NCBI GenBank assembly: GCA_963781425.1
Contig: CAWAGX010000020.1
Coordinates: forward strand, 376,408-440,407
Source: an uncultured Actinomycetes bacterium
GTDB lineage: Bacteria > Actinomycetota > Acidimicrobiia > IMCC26256 > PALSA-610
DNA length: 64,000 bases
Direction: 5' to 3'
Part shown: in pieces, positions 1 through 10,060 of the stretch
Position numbering within the stretch: position 1 is the stretch's first letter
Layout: the number at the start of each line of letters is the position of its first letter
Made by a program: the position numbers and the translations under genes
Notes under the pieces: generated by a model
What the model was told of the DNA's origin: nothing
What the model saw: only the letters and a program-made list of their open reading frames with translations
Databases searched by the model: none

Positions 1-146
1 CGGCCGAGCTCGTGCTCGATGCCGCCTTTGCATTGGACGAGGCGAAGCGACGCGGGCGTGGTGAGTCCGTGCTCTTCTCGGTGGAGCTGCGCAACCGTCT
101 GTTGCGCCGGCATCCCGAGTCACGCGCCGATCCGTCGTGCTCCTGA
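1..146 (+). CDS. 3' end of an ORF truncated by the window edge; tail resembles the end of a GGDEF diguanylate-cyclase domain
   Basis: Frame 3 is open from nt 3 to TGA 144-146. The 47 visible codons (AELVLDAAFALDEAKRRGRGESVLFSVELRNRLL) resemble the AD.AL..AK..GRN.V.F ending of GGDEF domains. Too short for a firm call. Confidence 0.3.
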   Translation, partial: AELVLDAAFALDEAKRRGRGESVLFSVELRNRLLRRHPESRADPSCS

Positions 147-316
147 CGGGTCGCGCGCCAAGACCGGCGGCGCGGGCTCGCCCACGTGCCCCCATCACTG
201 CAGTGGCTGGGTCCGCGTCGCCGCATCTCGTGACCGTGTTCTGGGCCGGCGTCTTGACGAGCGCACAGGCGGCCGGAAGCATGCAGCTGCATCGACGTCG
301 CAGCGGGAGGCATGCC

Positions 317-1694
317 ATGAGCCAGACCGGATTCGACCGGTTCGCCAAGAGCTTCGCGGGGACGGTGGTCACACCCGAACATCCCGAGTACGAGGACGCA
401 CGCACGCTGTTCAACGCCATGATCACCACGCGTCCGGCGGTGATCGCCCAGTGCAAAAGCGCGGACGACGTCGGCGCCGCCATCGCCTTCGCACGGAGCA
501 ACGACCTCGAGATCGCGGTACGCGCCGGCGGTCACTCGGTCGCCGGGATGTCGAGTGTCGAGGGCGGTGCGGTCATCGACGTGCGGCCGATGAAGGAGAT
601 CAGCATCGATCCGAAGCTGCGCACCGCGCACGTCGGCGCGGGCGTCACGTGGGGCGAGTTCGACCGGGCGGCGCAGCCGCATGAGCTCGCAACAACCGGC
701 GGGCGCGTCTCGACCACCGGCGTCGCCGGCTTCACCCTCGGTGGCGGCTCGGGATGGATCGAGCGCGCCCACGGTCTCTCTTGCGACAACCTGCTGTCGG
801 TGGACCTCGTGCTGGCGAACGGCGACCACGTCACGGCGAGCCCGAAGGAGCATCCGGAGCTGTTCTGGGCCTTGCACGGCGGCGGCGGCAACTTCGGCGT
901 CGCAACGAGCTTCGAGTTCCGCATGCATCCGGTGGGCGCGGCCCTCCTCGCGGGGCTGATGTTGTGGCCGGCCGCGGCCGGGCCCGACGTCGCGCAGGCG
1001 TACCGTCAAGTCGCGAACGACGCGCCCGAGAACTTCGGCGGCGGGATCGTGTCCGTGACCGGCCCGCCCGAGGAGTTCGTGCCCGCGCACCTGCAGGGTC
1101 AGCCCTGCTGCGGGCTCGCAATCGTGTTCAACGGACCGGTCGCAGCAGGGGAGCCGCTGCTCGCGCCGTTGCGCGTCGCTCGCGCCCGAGGTCGACCTCG
1201 TCGGCCCGATGCCGTACGCCGACTTCCAGTGCATGCTCGACGACCCGCCCGGTATGCGGAACTACTGGAGCGCCGACTACCTCGCCGAGCTGAGCGACGA
1301 TGCGATCGCGGTGTTCTTGAAGGCCGGCTCCGCGATGCGGTCACCGCTCGCGCAGAATCTCATGCTCCCGTGGGGTGGCGCGGTCGCTCGGGTCTCGGAT
1401 ACCGACACGCCGATGTCACAACGAGACGCGGCGTGGGTGTTCCACCCCTTCGCGGTGTGGGAGTCCGCGGCCGACGACGACGCCAACATCGCGTGGGCTC
1501 GCGACTCGATCGCCAACATGCGGCAGTTCACCACGGGCGGCACCTACCTCAACTTTCTCGGCGACGAAGGCGCCGACCGCGTGCGTGCCGCCTACGGCGA
1601 GAAGAACTACGCGCGCCTGGCCGGCATCAAGGCCGAGTACGACCCCGAAAACCTGTTCCACCGCAATCAGAACATCACGCCCGCCGGCAACTGA
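317..1694 (+). pseudogene. FAD-linked oxidase (PCMH-type FAD-binding domain plus BBE-like C-terminus), one frameshift
   Basis: From ATG 317, ORF 137..1765 reads PAVIAQCKSADDVGAAIAFARSNDLEIAVRAGGHSVAG ... LHGGGGNFGV, then turns to Arg-rich nonsense after about nt 1175. The expected C-terminus (GPMPYADFQ ... GGTYLNFLGDEG ... NYARLAGIKAEYDPENLFHRNQNI) continues in ORF 1209..1694. Confidence 0.85.
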
Positions 1695-1703
1695 CACTGC
1701 CAA

Positions 1704-2723
1704 ATGGCCGAGGCGACGACGGCGACGAAGTTGCTCGACGTCTTGACCACGCGATTCGGCAATGAGGTCACCTACGCGGAGGCCCCGGTACCGCTCGCGG
1801 GCGGGTTCTCGAACGAGATCTTCCGGTTCCGTCTGAACCATCCGCCGACAGGCTTCGACGGGCCGCTCGTCCTGCGACTCGCGTCCGACGACCGCGACGC
1901 CGAGCGCGAGGCGATCGTGCAAGCCGGTGTCGCGCGTGCGGGCTATCCCGCGCCCCCCGTGCTGCTCCGCGGACCGCGCAACGGCCTCGGCAAGCCGTTC
2001 ATCGTCACACCGCTCGTCGCGGGCGTCGAGTTCGACAAGCTCCTCGGCCTCCGGACCGCGATCCCCGTCCTCCGTCGACTCCCGCAACAACTCGCGAGCA
2101 CGATGGCCGACCTGCACGAGGTGCCCACCACCACGATCGCCGACGAGCTCGCGCACGCGGGGTGGACCGCTGAACGGCTCGGCAGCGTCGGGGTCCTCGG
2201 GGAGGTCGCCACGCTCGCCGCCGGGCTCGACGAACCGGGCGTCGACCAAGGGATCCGGTGGCTGCAGGCGCACGTCCCAGAATTCGCGGCGGCCGTCGTC
2301 TGCCACGGCGACCTCCATCCGCTCAACGTGCTCTTCGACAAGGACCGAATAGCCGCGGTGCTCGACTGGGAGCTGGCGCGGCTCGCCGATCCCGCATACG
2401 ACGTCGCCCGCACGATCACGCTGCTCGCCATGGCGCCGTACCCGATGAAGAAGCCGGTGCGACGAATGGTGCAACCGATCACGCGCCGTCTCGCGGATTC
2501 ATTCGTCAAGCACTACCGCGCCCGTCGCCCGCTCGACGACGCGACATTGCAGTGGCACGAAGCACTGCACGCGCTGCGCACGCTCACGATCGCGCTCGTC
2601 GGACGGCGGCAGCCCGAAGGCAACCGCCTCCGCCGCACCGCCGACCTCTGGCTACCCGTCGCGCCCTCGTTGTGCGCGCGCTTCACCGCGCTCACCGGCG
2701 TGCCGATCACGAAGCCGAGCTGA
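1704..2723 (+). CDS. aminoglycoside/choline-kinase-like phosphotransferase (APH family)
   Basis: Intact 339-codon ORF with the kinase-like catalytic loop VVCHGDLHPLNVLF followed by VLDWELARLADPAYDVA. The ATG lies 10 nt after the upstream stop. Confidence 0.85.
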   Translation: MAEATTATKLLDVLTTRFGNEVTYAEAPVPLAGGFSNEIFRFRLNHPPTGFDGPLVLRLASDDRDAEREAIVQAGVARAGYPAPPVLLRGPRNGLGKPFIVTPLVAGVEFDKLLGLRTAIPVLRRLPQQLASTMADLHEVPTTTIADELAHAGWTAERLGSVGVLGEVATLAAGLDEPGVDQGIRWLQAHVPEFAAAVVCHGDLHPLNVLFDKDRIAAVLDWELARLADPAYDVARTITLLAMAPYPMKKPVRRMVQPITRRLADSFVKHYRARRPLDDATLQWHEALHALRTLTIALVGRRQPEGNRLRRTADLWLPVAPSLCARFTALTGVPITKPS

Positions 2724-2746
2724 ATACCACGCCTACAATCGGGAGT

Positions 2747-3318
2747 GTGACGGTCGGCAACACCCGGAACGGGTTGCTGTGCATCGTCGTCCTCGTGGCC
2801 GCGTGCAGCTCGTCGAGCAAGCACGCCGCACCGACCACGTCTACCACCGCCACGACCACGACCCTTCCGTCCACCGGCAGCCCGAACCCGTTGGTCTTGC
2901 GGGAAGTCATCGCGACGTTGCCGTACAAAGGCGGGACCGCGAGCTCCTGCGACGAGGGCAACCGCGTGCGACGCCGGGCAACAAGGACACGCTCGCGGCG
3001 CCTCAAGTGACCTTGTCGGACCGCGAGAAGTCCGTCTGCTACGTGCTCGGACCGGTCCTGCTCGCCCCCCGGAACATCTCGAGCGCCGTGGCCGCGAAGA
3101 ATCCGACCGGAGGCTGGGATGTGACCGTCCACTTCGGGAACGACGACTTCGTGAAGAGGATCGGCCGGCCGCTGTTGGGCAAGAACGTCGCGATCGTCTT
3201 CCGCCACGTCGTCTGGTCGGCGCCGGTGATCCAGGAAGAGCTCACCACACCCGACGCGCGGATCTCCGGCAACCTCGACGAGCAATCAGCTCGCGAGCTC
3301 GCCAACGCGCTGCGCTGA
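2747..3318 (+). pseudogene. lipoprotein with SecD-like periplasmic (P1-head-like) domain, one frameshift
   Basis: GTG 2747 is followed by a lipoprotein signal and lipobox (LLCIVVLVAAC-SSSS) in the frame of ORF 2258..3010. The C-terminal part (LGPVLLAPRNISSAVAAKNPTGGWDVTVHF ... GKNVAIVFRHVVWSAPVIQEEL ... ISGNLDEQSARELANALR) is in ORF 2779..3318. Frames switch near nt 2960. Confidence 0.55.
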
Positions 3319-3360
3319 ACCGTGGGCTACGGTGCCTCGAACGATCTCAGGGGGACCGCG

Positions 3361-3507
3361 ATGGCCGAGACATCGAAGGGAAAGAAGTTCATCCGCATCC
3401 AGGGCTACACCCACGCCGACGGTACCAAGGTGCCCACGCACGACCGGTCCACACCACAGACTTCACACGGTTCGACAAAGCGAACTTCGCGCAAGGGGAG
3501 GCGCTGA
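3361..3507 (+). CDS. small basic hypothetical protein (48 aa)
   Basis: ATG 3361 is preceded by AGGGGGA about 5 nt upstream. The peptide MAETSKGKKFIRIQGYTHADGTKVPTHDRS resembles a short G-Y-T-x-x-D-G-T-x-V-x-x-H-x-R motif I have seen in small actinobacterial proteins. Weak evidence. Confidence 0.3.
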   Translation: MAETSKGKKFIRIQGYTHADGTKVPTHDRSTPQTSHGSTKRTSRKGRR

Positions 3508-3569
3508 GGGACGGCGTGTCTTCGTGACACGCTCGTCTGGTCTTCGGATCGGGATACGACGGTCGCCCC

Positions 3570-4727
3570 TCAAAGCACCAACGCGGCGTAGCCGTTCATC
3601 GCACCGTTTCCCGCGCCGATCCACATGAAGACGACGAGGTCGCCGTCGTGCACTCGGCCCGCGCGCCGATCCTCGTCGAGGAGCAGCAAGGTGCTCGCGG
3701 CCGAGGTGTTGCCGTAGCGATCGACGTTCAGCGGCACCCGCTCGGAGGACAGGCCGAGAAGCGCGCGCTCGCCTCGCGTACGACTACACCGTTCGCCTGG
3801 TGCAGATACCAGCGCGCAACGCGCGGGATATCGAAGTCGCACCCGACCATTGGCTTGATGCGCGTCGGCCAATCCTCTTCGAGGAGCTGCATGTTGCGCG
3901 TCATCAGCGGCGCGAACACGTCTCGCACGCGCTTGCCGTCCATCAGGAAGAGGTGTTCGCCGACATTGGCTTGGGAGGTGCGGTGAAGGGACCCGCCCGC
4001 CGGATAGCTCACCAGCTCGACATCGGGGCTGGTCTCGGACCGCACCGCGCACAGCCCGACGCGGCGCGTGCTCGTCCTGGGGCCCGCTGCGGAAGACGAC
4101 CGCGCCCGTGCCGTCGGCGAAGATGAGCGGGACGAGCCAGCCCTTGCCGCTCGGATGCTGCCGGTACTGGGGGTTCGCCTCGGCGGCGAAGTACCCCGAC
4201 GGGCAATTGCTCGCCACCACGAGCGCAGTCGCCGGCGTTTGCGCGACGAGGGACGACGCGGCGGTCCGCCACGCGGCGGACAGTCCGGCACAGCCGAGGT
4301 TGTGGTGGACGAGGTCGGCGTCGCGCCGCAACCCGAGCTCTGCGGTCAGGTATCGCAGGTGATCCTGGCACGCGATCGTGTCCGGGGTGGTAGTGATGTG
4401 CACGAAGACGTCGACGTCGTCTGCGTCGGTGCGCGCGTCCGCGAGCGCCGCTCGTGCGGCTCGAAGCGCGAGATCGCCGTCGTAGAGGCCTCCGTCCGCT
4501 CGGCTGCGTTTGGTTCGCGTGTCGAAGTCGAAATCGAGACGGCGTTCGACGATACCGACGTGTCGTTCGATCCACTCGGGTTCGAGCAACCGTCCGTCGG
4601 GACGTGCGGGACGAATGCGGTCGAGGATCTGTCGATTCGAGACGCGAGTCTCGGGCACGAAGGACCCGGTTCCTACAAGCGAAACCGCGACATCTGTGCC
4701 CAGTGCTGAGATCATCGGGGTGGTCAT
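3570..4727 (-). pseudogene. 3-oxoacyl-ACP synthase III-like (FabH/KAS III family), two frameshifts
   Basis: N-terminus (VGTGSFVPETRVSN ... HNLGCAGLSAAWRTA ... ASNCPSGYF ... FADGTGAVVF) and C-terminus (LNVDRYGNTSAASTLLLLDE ... VVFMWIGAGNGAMNG) lie in ORF 3570..4727. The middle (VELVSYPAGGS ... FLMDGKRVRDVF ... RWYLHQANG) lies in ORF 3728..4291. Frames switch near 4065 and 3780. Confidence 0.85.
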
Positions 4728-4842
4728 CGGCCCTCCTCACCAATCGGTGTCGAACCACCCCCAACCCAAGCACTCGACAAGCCGCGTCGACAGAGCCATC
4801 GGACCCTCACCGAGGTGCCGATGGGAGAGGGACGTGCAGCAT

Positions 4843-4897
4843 CCAGTTCTTGCGACGCCCGGCGACACATAGTGTCGCCAGGGCTCGCAAGAACTGG
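4843..4897. repeat. 55-nt nested palindromic element, copy A
   Basis: CCAGTTCTTGCGACGCCCGGCGACACATAGTGTCGCCAGGGCTCGCAAGAACTGG: a 13-bp outer stem encloses an 8-bp inner stem (GGCGACAC/GTGTCGCC). It lies 7 nt downstream (on the minus strand) of the stop of the CoxL-like gene. 44 of 55 positions are identical to copy B at 46312..46366. Confidence 0.8.
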
Positions 4898-4903
4898 CTT
4901 TCG

Positions 4904-7264
4904 TCAGATGTCGATGGCGTCGGCGTCGGCGCGGTCCTCGGGCGCGGACATGCTCGCGAAGACGGGCGGCGGCTCGCGCCACGGGTCGTCGATCCGACCC
5001 GCTTCCGCGTTGCGCACGGCCGTCCACACGCGTTCCGGTGTGCACGGGATGTCGATGTGGCGGATGCCGAGATGCTTGAGCGCGTCGATCACGGCGCTCT
5101 GCACCGCAGGCGTCGACCCGATCGTCCCCGACTCGCCGATCCCCTTCGCGCCCAGCTCGTTGCGCGGCGACGGCGTCTCGGTGTTCGACGCCTCGAAGCT
5201 CGGGAGCTCCGCCGCGCTCGGCATCGCGTAGTCGGTGAGCGTCGACGTGAGCGGGTTGCCGTCCGCGTCGTAGACGTAATGCTCCCACAGCGCCTGCGCG
5301 ATGCCCTGCGCGATCCCGCCGTGCTGTTGGCCGGCCACGATCATCGGGTTGAGGATGCGGCCGCAGTCGTCGACTGCGACGTGACGCAAAGGCAGAACCA
5401 TCCCGGTGTCGAGATCGACCTCGACGACCGCAACGTGCGCGCCGAACGGGAACGTCGCGCCGTCTTGTGAGAACTCCGAGACCGCGTGCAGCGGCTCGTC
5501 GCCGGCGAGCTCGGCCCAGCTCAATGCACGCGCCGGCACACCGGCGACACCGATGCGGCCGTCGTCGGTGACAACGATGTCGTCGGGGTTCGCTTCGAGC
5601 ATCGTCGCGGCAACGTCCTTGGCGCGCGTGCGAGCACGCCCTCGGCCGCGTGCAACACCGCCGAGCCGCCGAGCTGCAACGAGCGGGACCCGCCGGTCCC
5701 GCCGCCTTGCGGGACGACCGCGGTGTCGGACTGCACGAAGCGCACATCCTCCAGCGGGATGTGCAACCGGTCGGCGACGATCATCGCGAACGACGTCGCG
5801 TGGCCTTGGCCGTGCGCGGAGGTGCCGACGTGGATGGTCGCGGTGCCGTCGTCGTTGACCGTCACCGATGCGTACTCCCCGCCTCCCCCGCCGGCGGTGA
5901 TCTCGACGTACGCGCTCACACCGATGCCGAGCAACCGGCGGTCGCCGCCCACCCGGCGCGCCCGTTGCTCGCGGCGTAGCTCGTCGTAACCCGCGACCCG
6001 CAACGCCTCGGTCAACGCGCCGTCGTAATCGCCGCTGTCGTAGTCCGCGCGCATGACGGTCGTGTACGGGAACTCGTCGGGCTGCAGGAAGTTGCGGCGC
6101 CGCATCTCGATCGGGTCGATGCCGAGGTCGGCCGCCGCGATGTCCATCATGCGCTCGAGCATCGCCGCCGCCTCGGGACGGCCCGCGCCCCGGAACGCGC
6201 CCATCGGCGTGGTGTTCGTCAGCGCGATCGCGCACTCGTAGGAGATCTTGGGGATGCGGTAGACGCCCTGGGCCATGATGCGTGTCGGCCCCATCGCGAG
6301 CGCGCCGCCGAATCCCGCGTACGCGCCGGCGTCGCCGACGATGCGCACCCGCATCCCGACGATCGTGCCGTCACGCTTGCACCCGAGCTCGACGTATTGC
6401 ACCTGCCCGCGCCCGTGCGGCATCGCGACCAGGTTCTCGGAACGGGTCTCGACCCACTTCACCGGCCGTTGCAACCGGCGCGCGGCCGCGACCGCGACGC
6501 AGTGCTCGGCCGCGAGCCCGGGTTTGCCGCCGAACGCACCACCGACGTGCGGCGCGACGACGCGCACCCGCGCCGGGTCGAGGTCGAACATCTCCGCGAC
6601 CCGGTTGGCGAAACCGTGCGGCATCTGGGTGGACACGTACACGGTGAGCTCGTGCCCGGCGCCGTCGTCGCCGGGCACCACTGCGATCGCGCTCGCCCTC
6701 CATCGGCATCACCGCGATGCGCTGGTTCTCGACGCGCGCCCGCGCGACGACGTCGGCACCGGCGAGCACGTCGTCTGCCGAACGGGGTTGGATCGCGGCG
6801 GCGAGGTTCGTGCCGAGCTCCTCGAACTGCAGCGGCGCGTCCGGCGCGAGCGCGGCTTCGGGATCGGCGACCGCCGGGAGCGGGTCGTACTCGACGATCA
6901 CCGCCTCCGCCGCGTCCACGGCCGCGGTGCGCGTCTCGGCGAGCACGGCCGCAACGCAGTCGCCGACGAACCGCACCTTGCCCTCGGCGAGCGGCGGCCG
7001 CTTGCACGCGTCGTTGAGCGTCATCAGCCCGGCGTAGGGCGGGAGCTGCAGGTCGTCGGCGGTGAACACGGCGGCGACACCGGGCATCGCGCGGGCTTCG
7101 TCGGCGTCGATCGACATGATCCGCGCGTGCGCGTACGTCGAGCGCACGAACACGAGATGCAGCGCTCCCTCGAGCGGCAGGTCGTCGACGAACCGGGCGT
7201 CACCGACGAGCAGGTCGGGGTCTTCGACGCGCCTGACGGCGGTGCCGAGGATGGAGCCGGGCAT
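4904..7264 (-). pseudogene. xanthine dehydrogenase/CO dehydrogenase family molybdopterin-binding large subunit (CoxL-like), two frameshifts
   Basis: The gene is spread over three minus-strand ORFs. 6371..7264: MPGSILGTAVRRVEDPDLLVGDARFVDDL ... ENQRIAVMPMEG. 5521..6681: ELTVYVSTQMPHGF ... AFRGAGRPEAA ... GTSAHGQGHAT ... QGGGTGGSRS. 4904..6235: VAVDDCGRILNPMIVAGQQHGGIAQGI ... GAKGIGESG. Junctions are near 6675 and 5635. Confidence 0.9.
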
Positions 7265-7351
7265 CGCCCGACCCTAGCGACCCCGCCCGATCGCGACGCC
7301 GGCCCGCACCATCGTGGTGCGGGCCGGTACGACGATCAGGCAACGGGTAAG

Positions 7352-8171
7352 TCAATCGTCGTTGCCGCCGCCGGGGTGAACGGTCTGCGCCTTGCCGTGC
7401 TCGACGCCCGAGTTGCCCTGGCCGTTGTCGGCGCCATTGCCTTGGCCGTTGCCGCCGTGACCCACGCCGGTCGGCGGCGTGCTCTCGTTGCCGTCACCGT
7501 CGCCGTCGCCCGCCTCCCCGTTGTTCCCGGGGACCGTCGTGCCAGTCGTCGGGCAGGCCTTGCCCTGTGACTTCCCGCCCGACGCGATGTCGGCCACCGC
7601 GTGGCCGTGCGCACAGCCCTCGAGATCGGGATCGTGCGCGACATCCGACACTTCGCCGCCGTGATTGTCCTTGTGCACCGTCGTGGACGTCGCTGCTCCC
7701 GGCACACTCGTGGACGAGCCATTGACCGTCGTGTGCTTCGTGCGCTCGTCGTCGTGCGGCTTGTTCTTCTTGACGTGCTTGTTCGCGCGAGGCATGCGCG
7801 GGGCTGCCGACACCGATGTGCGACACCGCGTCCTGCACGGGTGCAGGGAGCGCGCCGGCGACGGCGAGGCCGCCGGTCGCGGCGACGACTGCCGCGGTCG
7901 CGGCGCCCACCTTGGCGATGATCGAAGAACGCATCCGTTCGAACCTCCGGGCCGAGAGCGTGGCGACCGGCTCGGGGGTCCCGATGAACGCCGCCAGGGC
8001 GGCGCCGACTGCCGGCGGGGTCGAGGCGTACGCAGCCCGCATGTCGCCGATCGTCTCGGCGAGCCGGGGGTCGACGTCCGCACCGGTGCCCGCGAGGAGG
8101 GCGTCGGTGGCGGCGTCGTCGAGGTCGTGGGGCTCGTCCATCTCACTCCCGTCAACGTCGTCCGGGCTCAT
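7352..8171 (-). pseudogene. membrane protein cotranscribed with the ECF sigma factor (putative anti-sigma factor), one frameshift
   Basis: ATG 8171 overlaps the sigma-factor stop (ATGA). ORF 7494..8171 gives an acidic N-terminus and one TM helix (IIAKVGAATAAVVAATGGLAVAGAL). The Gly/Asn/Asp-rich extracytoplasmic tail continues in ORF 7352..8155, with the frame switch near 7800. The role is inferred from position only. Confidence 0.45.
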
Positions 8172-8725
8172 TGCGGTACGCCCTCCTCGGAAGAAAGAGC
8201 CCGGCGCAGGCTCGCCAGACCCCGTCGCTGGAGCGCTTTCACCGCCTCGTAGCCCTTCCCGAGCACGGCCGCGGTCTCCTCGACCGAGAGGTCGCCGACG
8301 ACGCGCAGCAACAGCACGTCGCGCTGCTCCGGCGAGACGAGGGCGAGGAGGGTTTCCACACGTTCGTGCGCGAGGCGGGCGACGACATCGTCCTCGACGT
8401 CACCGCCGACGGGATCGCCCGCGGCAGCGAGTGCGACCTCGACGACGCGGCGCCGACGGCGACGGGCGTCGTCGATTCCGGCGTTGTGCGCGATCGAGAA
8501 GAGCCACGACCGGAACCGCCCGCCGTCGCCTTCGAACGTGTGCAGGGTCCGGAAGGCCCGCACGAAGACGTCGTTTGCCACACCTTCGGGATCGCTCACG
8601 CCGCGGGCGCGGAGGTAGCCCGCCACCGCCGCTCCGGTCGCGCGGAAGAGCTCCTCGAAGCCTTGGGCCTCGCCGGCTCGCGCCCGATCGAGCGCGCGGT
8701 CGAGGCTGCGCCGCGTGGTGGTCAC
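8168..8725 (-). CDS. ECF-type RNA polymerase sigma-70 family factor
   Basis: Intact 185-codon ORF with a GTG start. Region 2 (DVFVRAFRTLHTFEGDGGRFRSWLFSIAHNAGIDDARRRRR) and region 4 (EQRDVLLLRVVGDLSVEETAAVLGKGYEAVKALQRRGLASLR) are recognisable. Confidence 0.9.
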   Translation of the reverse strand: MTTTRRSLDRALDRARAGEAQGFEELFRATGAAVAGYLRARGVSDPEGVANDVFVRAFRTLHTFEGDGGRFRSWLFSIAHNAGIDDARRRRRRVVEVALAAAGDPVGGDVEDDVVARLAHERVETLLALVSPEQRDVLLLRVVGDLSVEETAAVLGKGYEAVKALQRRGLASLRRALSSEEGVPQ

Positions 8726-9658
8726 TTGGGCTTATCGGAGGCGAGGCGCGCTCCCTGGAGTGTTCGCTTCGCCCCGGGAGCGATGCGCGAGACTCGATGC
8801 ACGTGGCAAACGCCCAGCCTCGCGTGGCTGATCCGCTACCTCGGCATCGACCACGGCGCCGATGCCTCGCGGTCGACGGACGCCCCGGGAGCTCGCGAAT
8901 CACACCGAGTCTCCCGACCGTTCTCGTACCGCGACCACCAAACCGAGAGCCCGTTTCGCCTCCCGAAACGCGCCCTCGACAGTTACGGAGATGTCACGGA
9001 AGACGCGTTCCCGACCCCGATCCGATTCTGAGCGTGGCGCGGCGAACACGCGCGTGCGCGCGCGCCTCGAAGCGGTTGCAACAGGACGTTTTCGCCGACA
9101 GCCGACTCGCTCTCGCGGTGCGTCACGAGGCTGCCGCGCAGACCGCGCGACCGGCGCGACGGGCGCGCACGCCAGAGGCGCGACCTTCAGTCGCCATCGA
9201 ACCGAAGACCGCCAGGTCGCGGCGGCGACGATGCCGGCCGACCCGTCGTCGGACCGGGGAGTCGCTTGCGATCGGACCGGGGCGGCGTGACCGGGCAGCC
9301 GCGCGCTGCGCCCGGCGACACTTCGACGATGCGTGCGCGTTGCGCGCGCGACGTGGGCCGAGCTCCGCAGTCACCTCGCGTGGCGCGGCCAGAGTTTTAC
9401 GGCGCGTACAGAAAGGTGGTCGATGTGCCTTCGGAGGACGTGATGGTGACGGGTCCGGCATTCGCCGCCGAGCGTGACGATCGGTGGCTCGGCGTGACAC
9501 TGGTCGGCTTTTACACGCAACAGACTGATTCCCGACGCAACCCGGACGATTGCCGAACAGCATTCCCTCAATTCTTCGACAACGGCTGTCGCGCGGCCCG
9601 TCGCGGAAGCCGAGACCGGCATGCCCCCCCGTGCACGGACTGTCGCAGGGCGCGTGCA

Positions 9659-10060
9659 ATGAGCGATCGCGAGCGCTTCGACTTCGCGTTCGACTCGCGG
9701 TTCTTGCCGTTTCTGTTCGGTGTGGGCGTCACGCCCGGCACCGCGTTCGTCGTGCTGACCGCGCACGATCGGCTGCTGGCGCGTTTTGGTCCGTGGCGCG
9801 TGCTCACGCCGTTAGAGAACGTGCGCGAAGTGTGCGTGACCGGGCCGTACCAATGGTTCAAAGCGATCGGCCCGCGCATGTCCCTCGCCGACCGGGGCGC
9901 CACGTTCGGCACGACGGCGGCCGGCGGTGTGTGCGTGCTCTTCCACGACCCAGTGCCCGCGTTGGACGTGTTTGGTGTGATGCGTCACCCGGGCCTGACG
10001 GTGACGGTCGCGGATCCGCCGGGTCTCGCGGAGGCGTTGCGACGGCGCACTGCTATCTGA
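9659..10060 (+). CDS. hypothetical protein (conserved actinobacterial type, 133 aa)
   Basis: ATG 9659; MSDRERFDFAFDSRFLPFLFGVGVTPGTAFVVLTAHDRLLARFGPWRVLTPLENVREV ... HPGLTVTVADP. Coding-like composition with no frameshift. No family name assigned. Confidence 0.55.
   Translation: MSDRERFDFAFDSRFLPFLFGVGVTPGTAFVVLTAHDRLLARFGPWRVLTPLENVREVCVTGPYQWFKAIGPRMSLADRGATFGTTAAGGVCVLFHDPVPALDVFGVMRHPGLTVTVADPPGLAEALRRRTAI

Noticed and set aside
3728-4291. Independent 187-codon minus-strand gene
   Set aside because: Only its C-terminal half is protein-like, and that half is exactly the missing middle of the FabH-like enzyme. The N-terminal half is Arg/Ser/Pro nonsense.
7816-9477. 553-codon plus-strand ORF across the sigma/anti-sigma locus
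   Set aside because: It is antisense to the clearly recognisable ECF sigma factor and has an Arg/Pro/Ala-rich composition.
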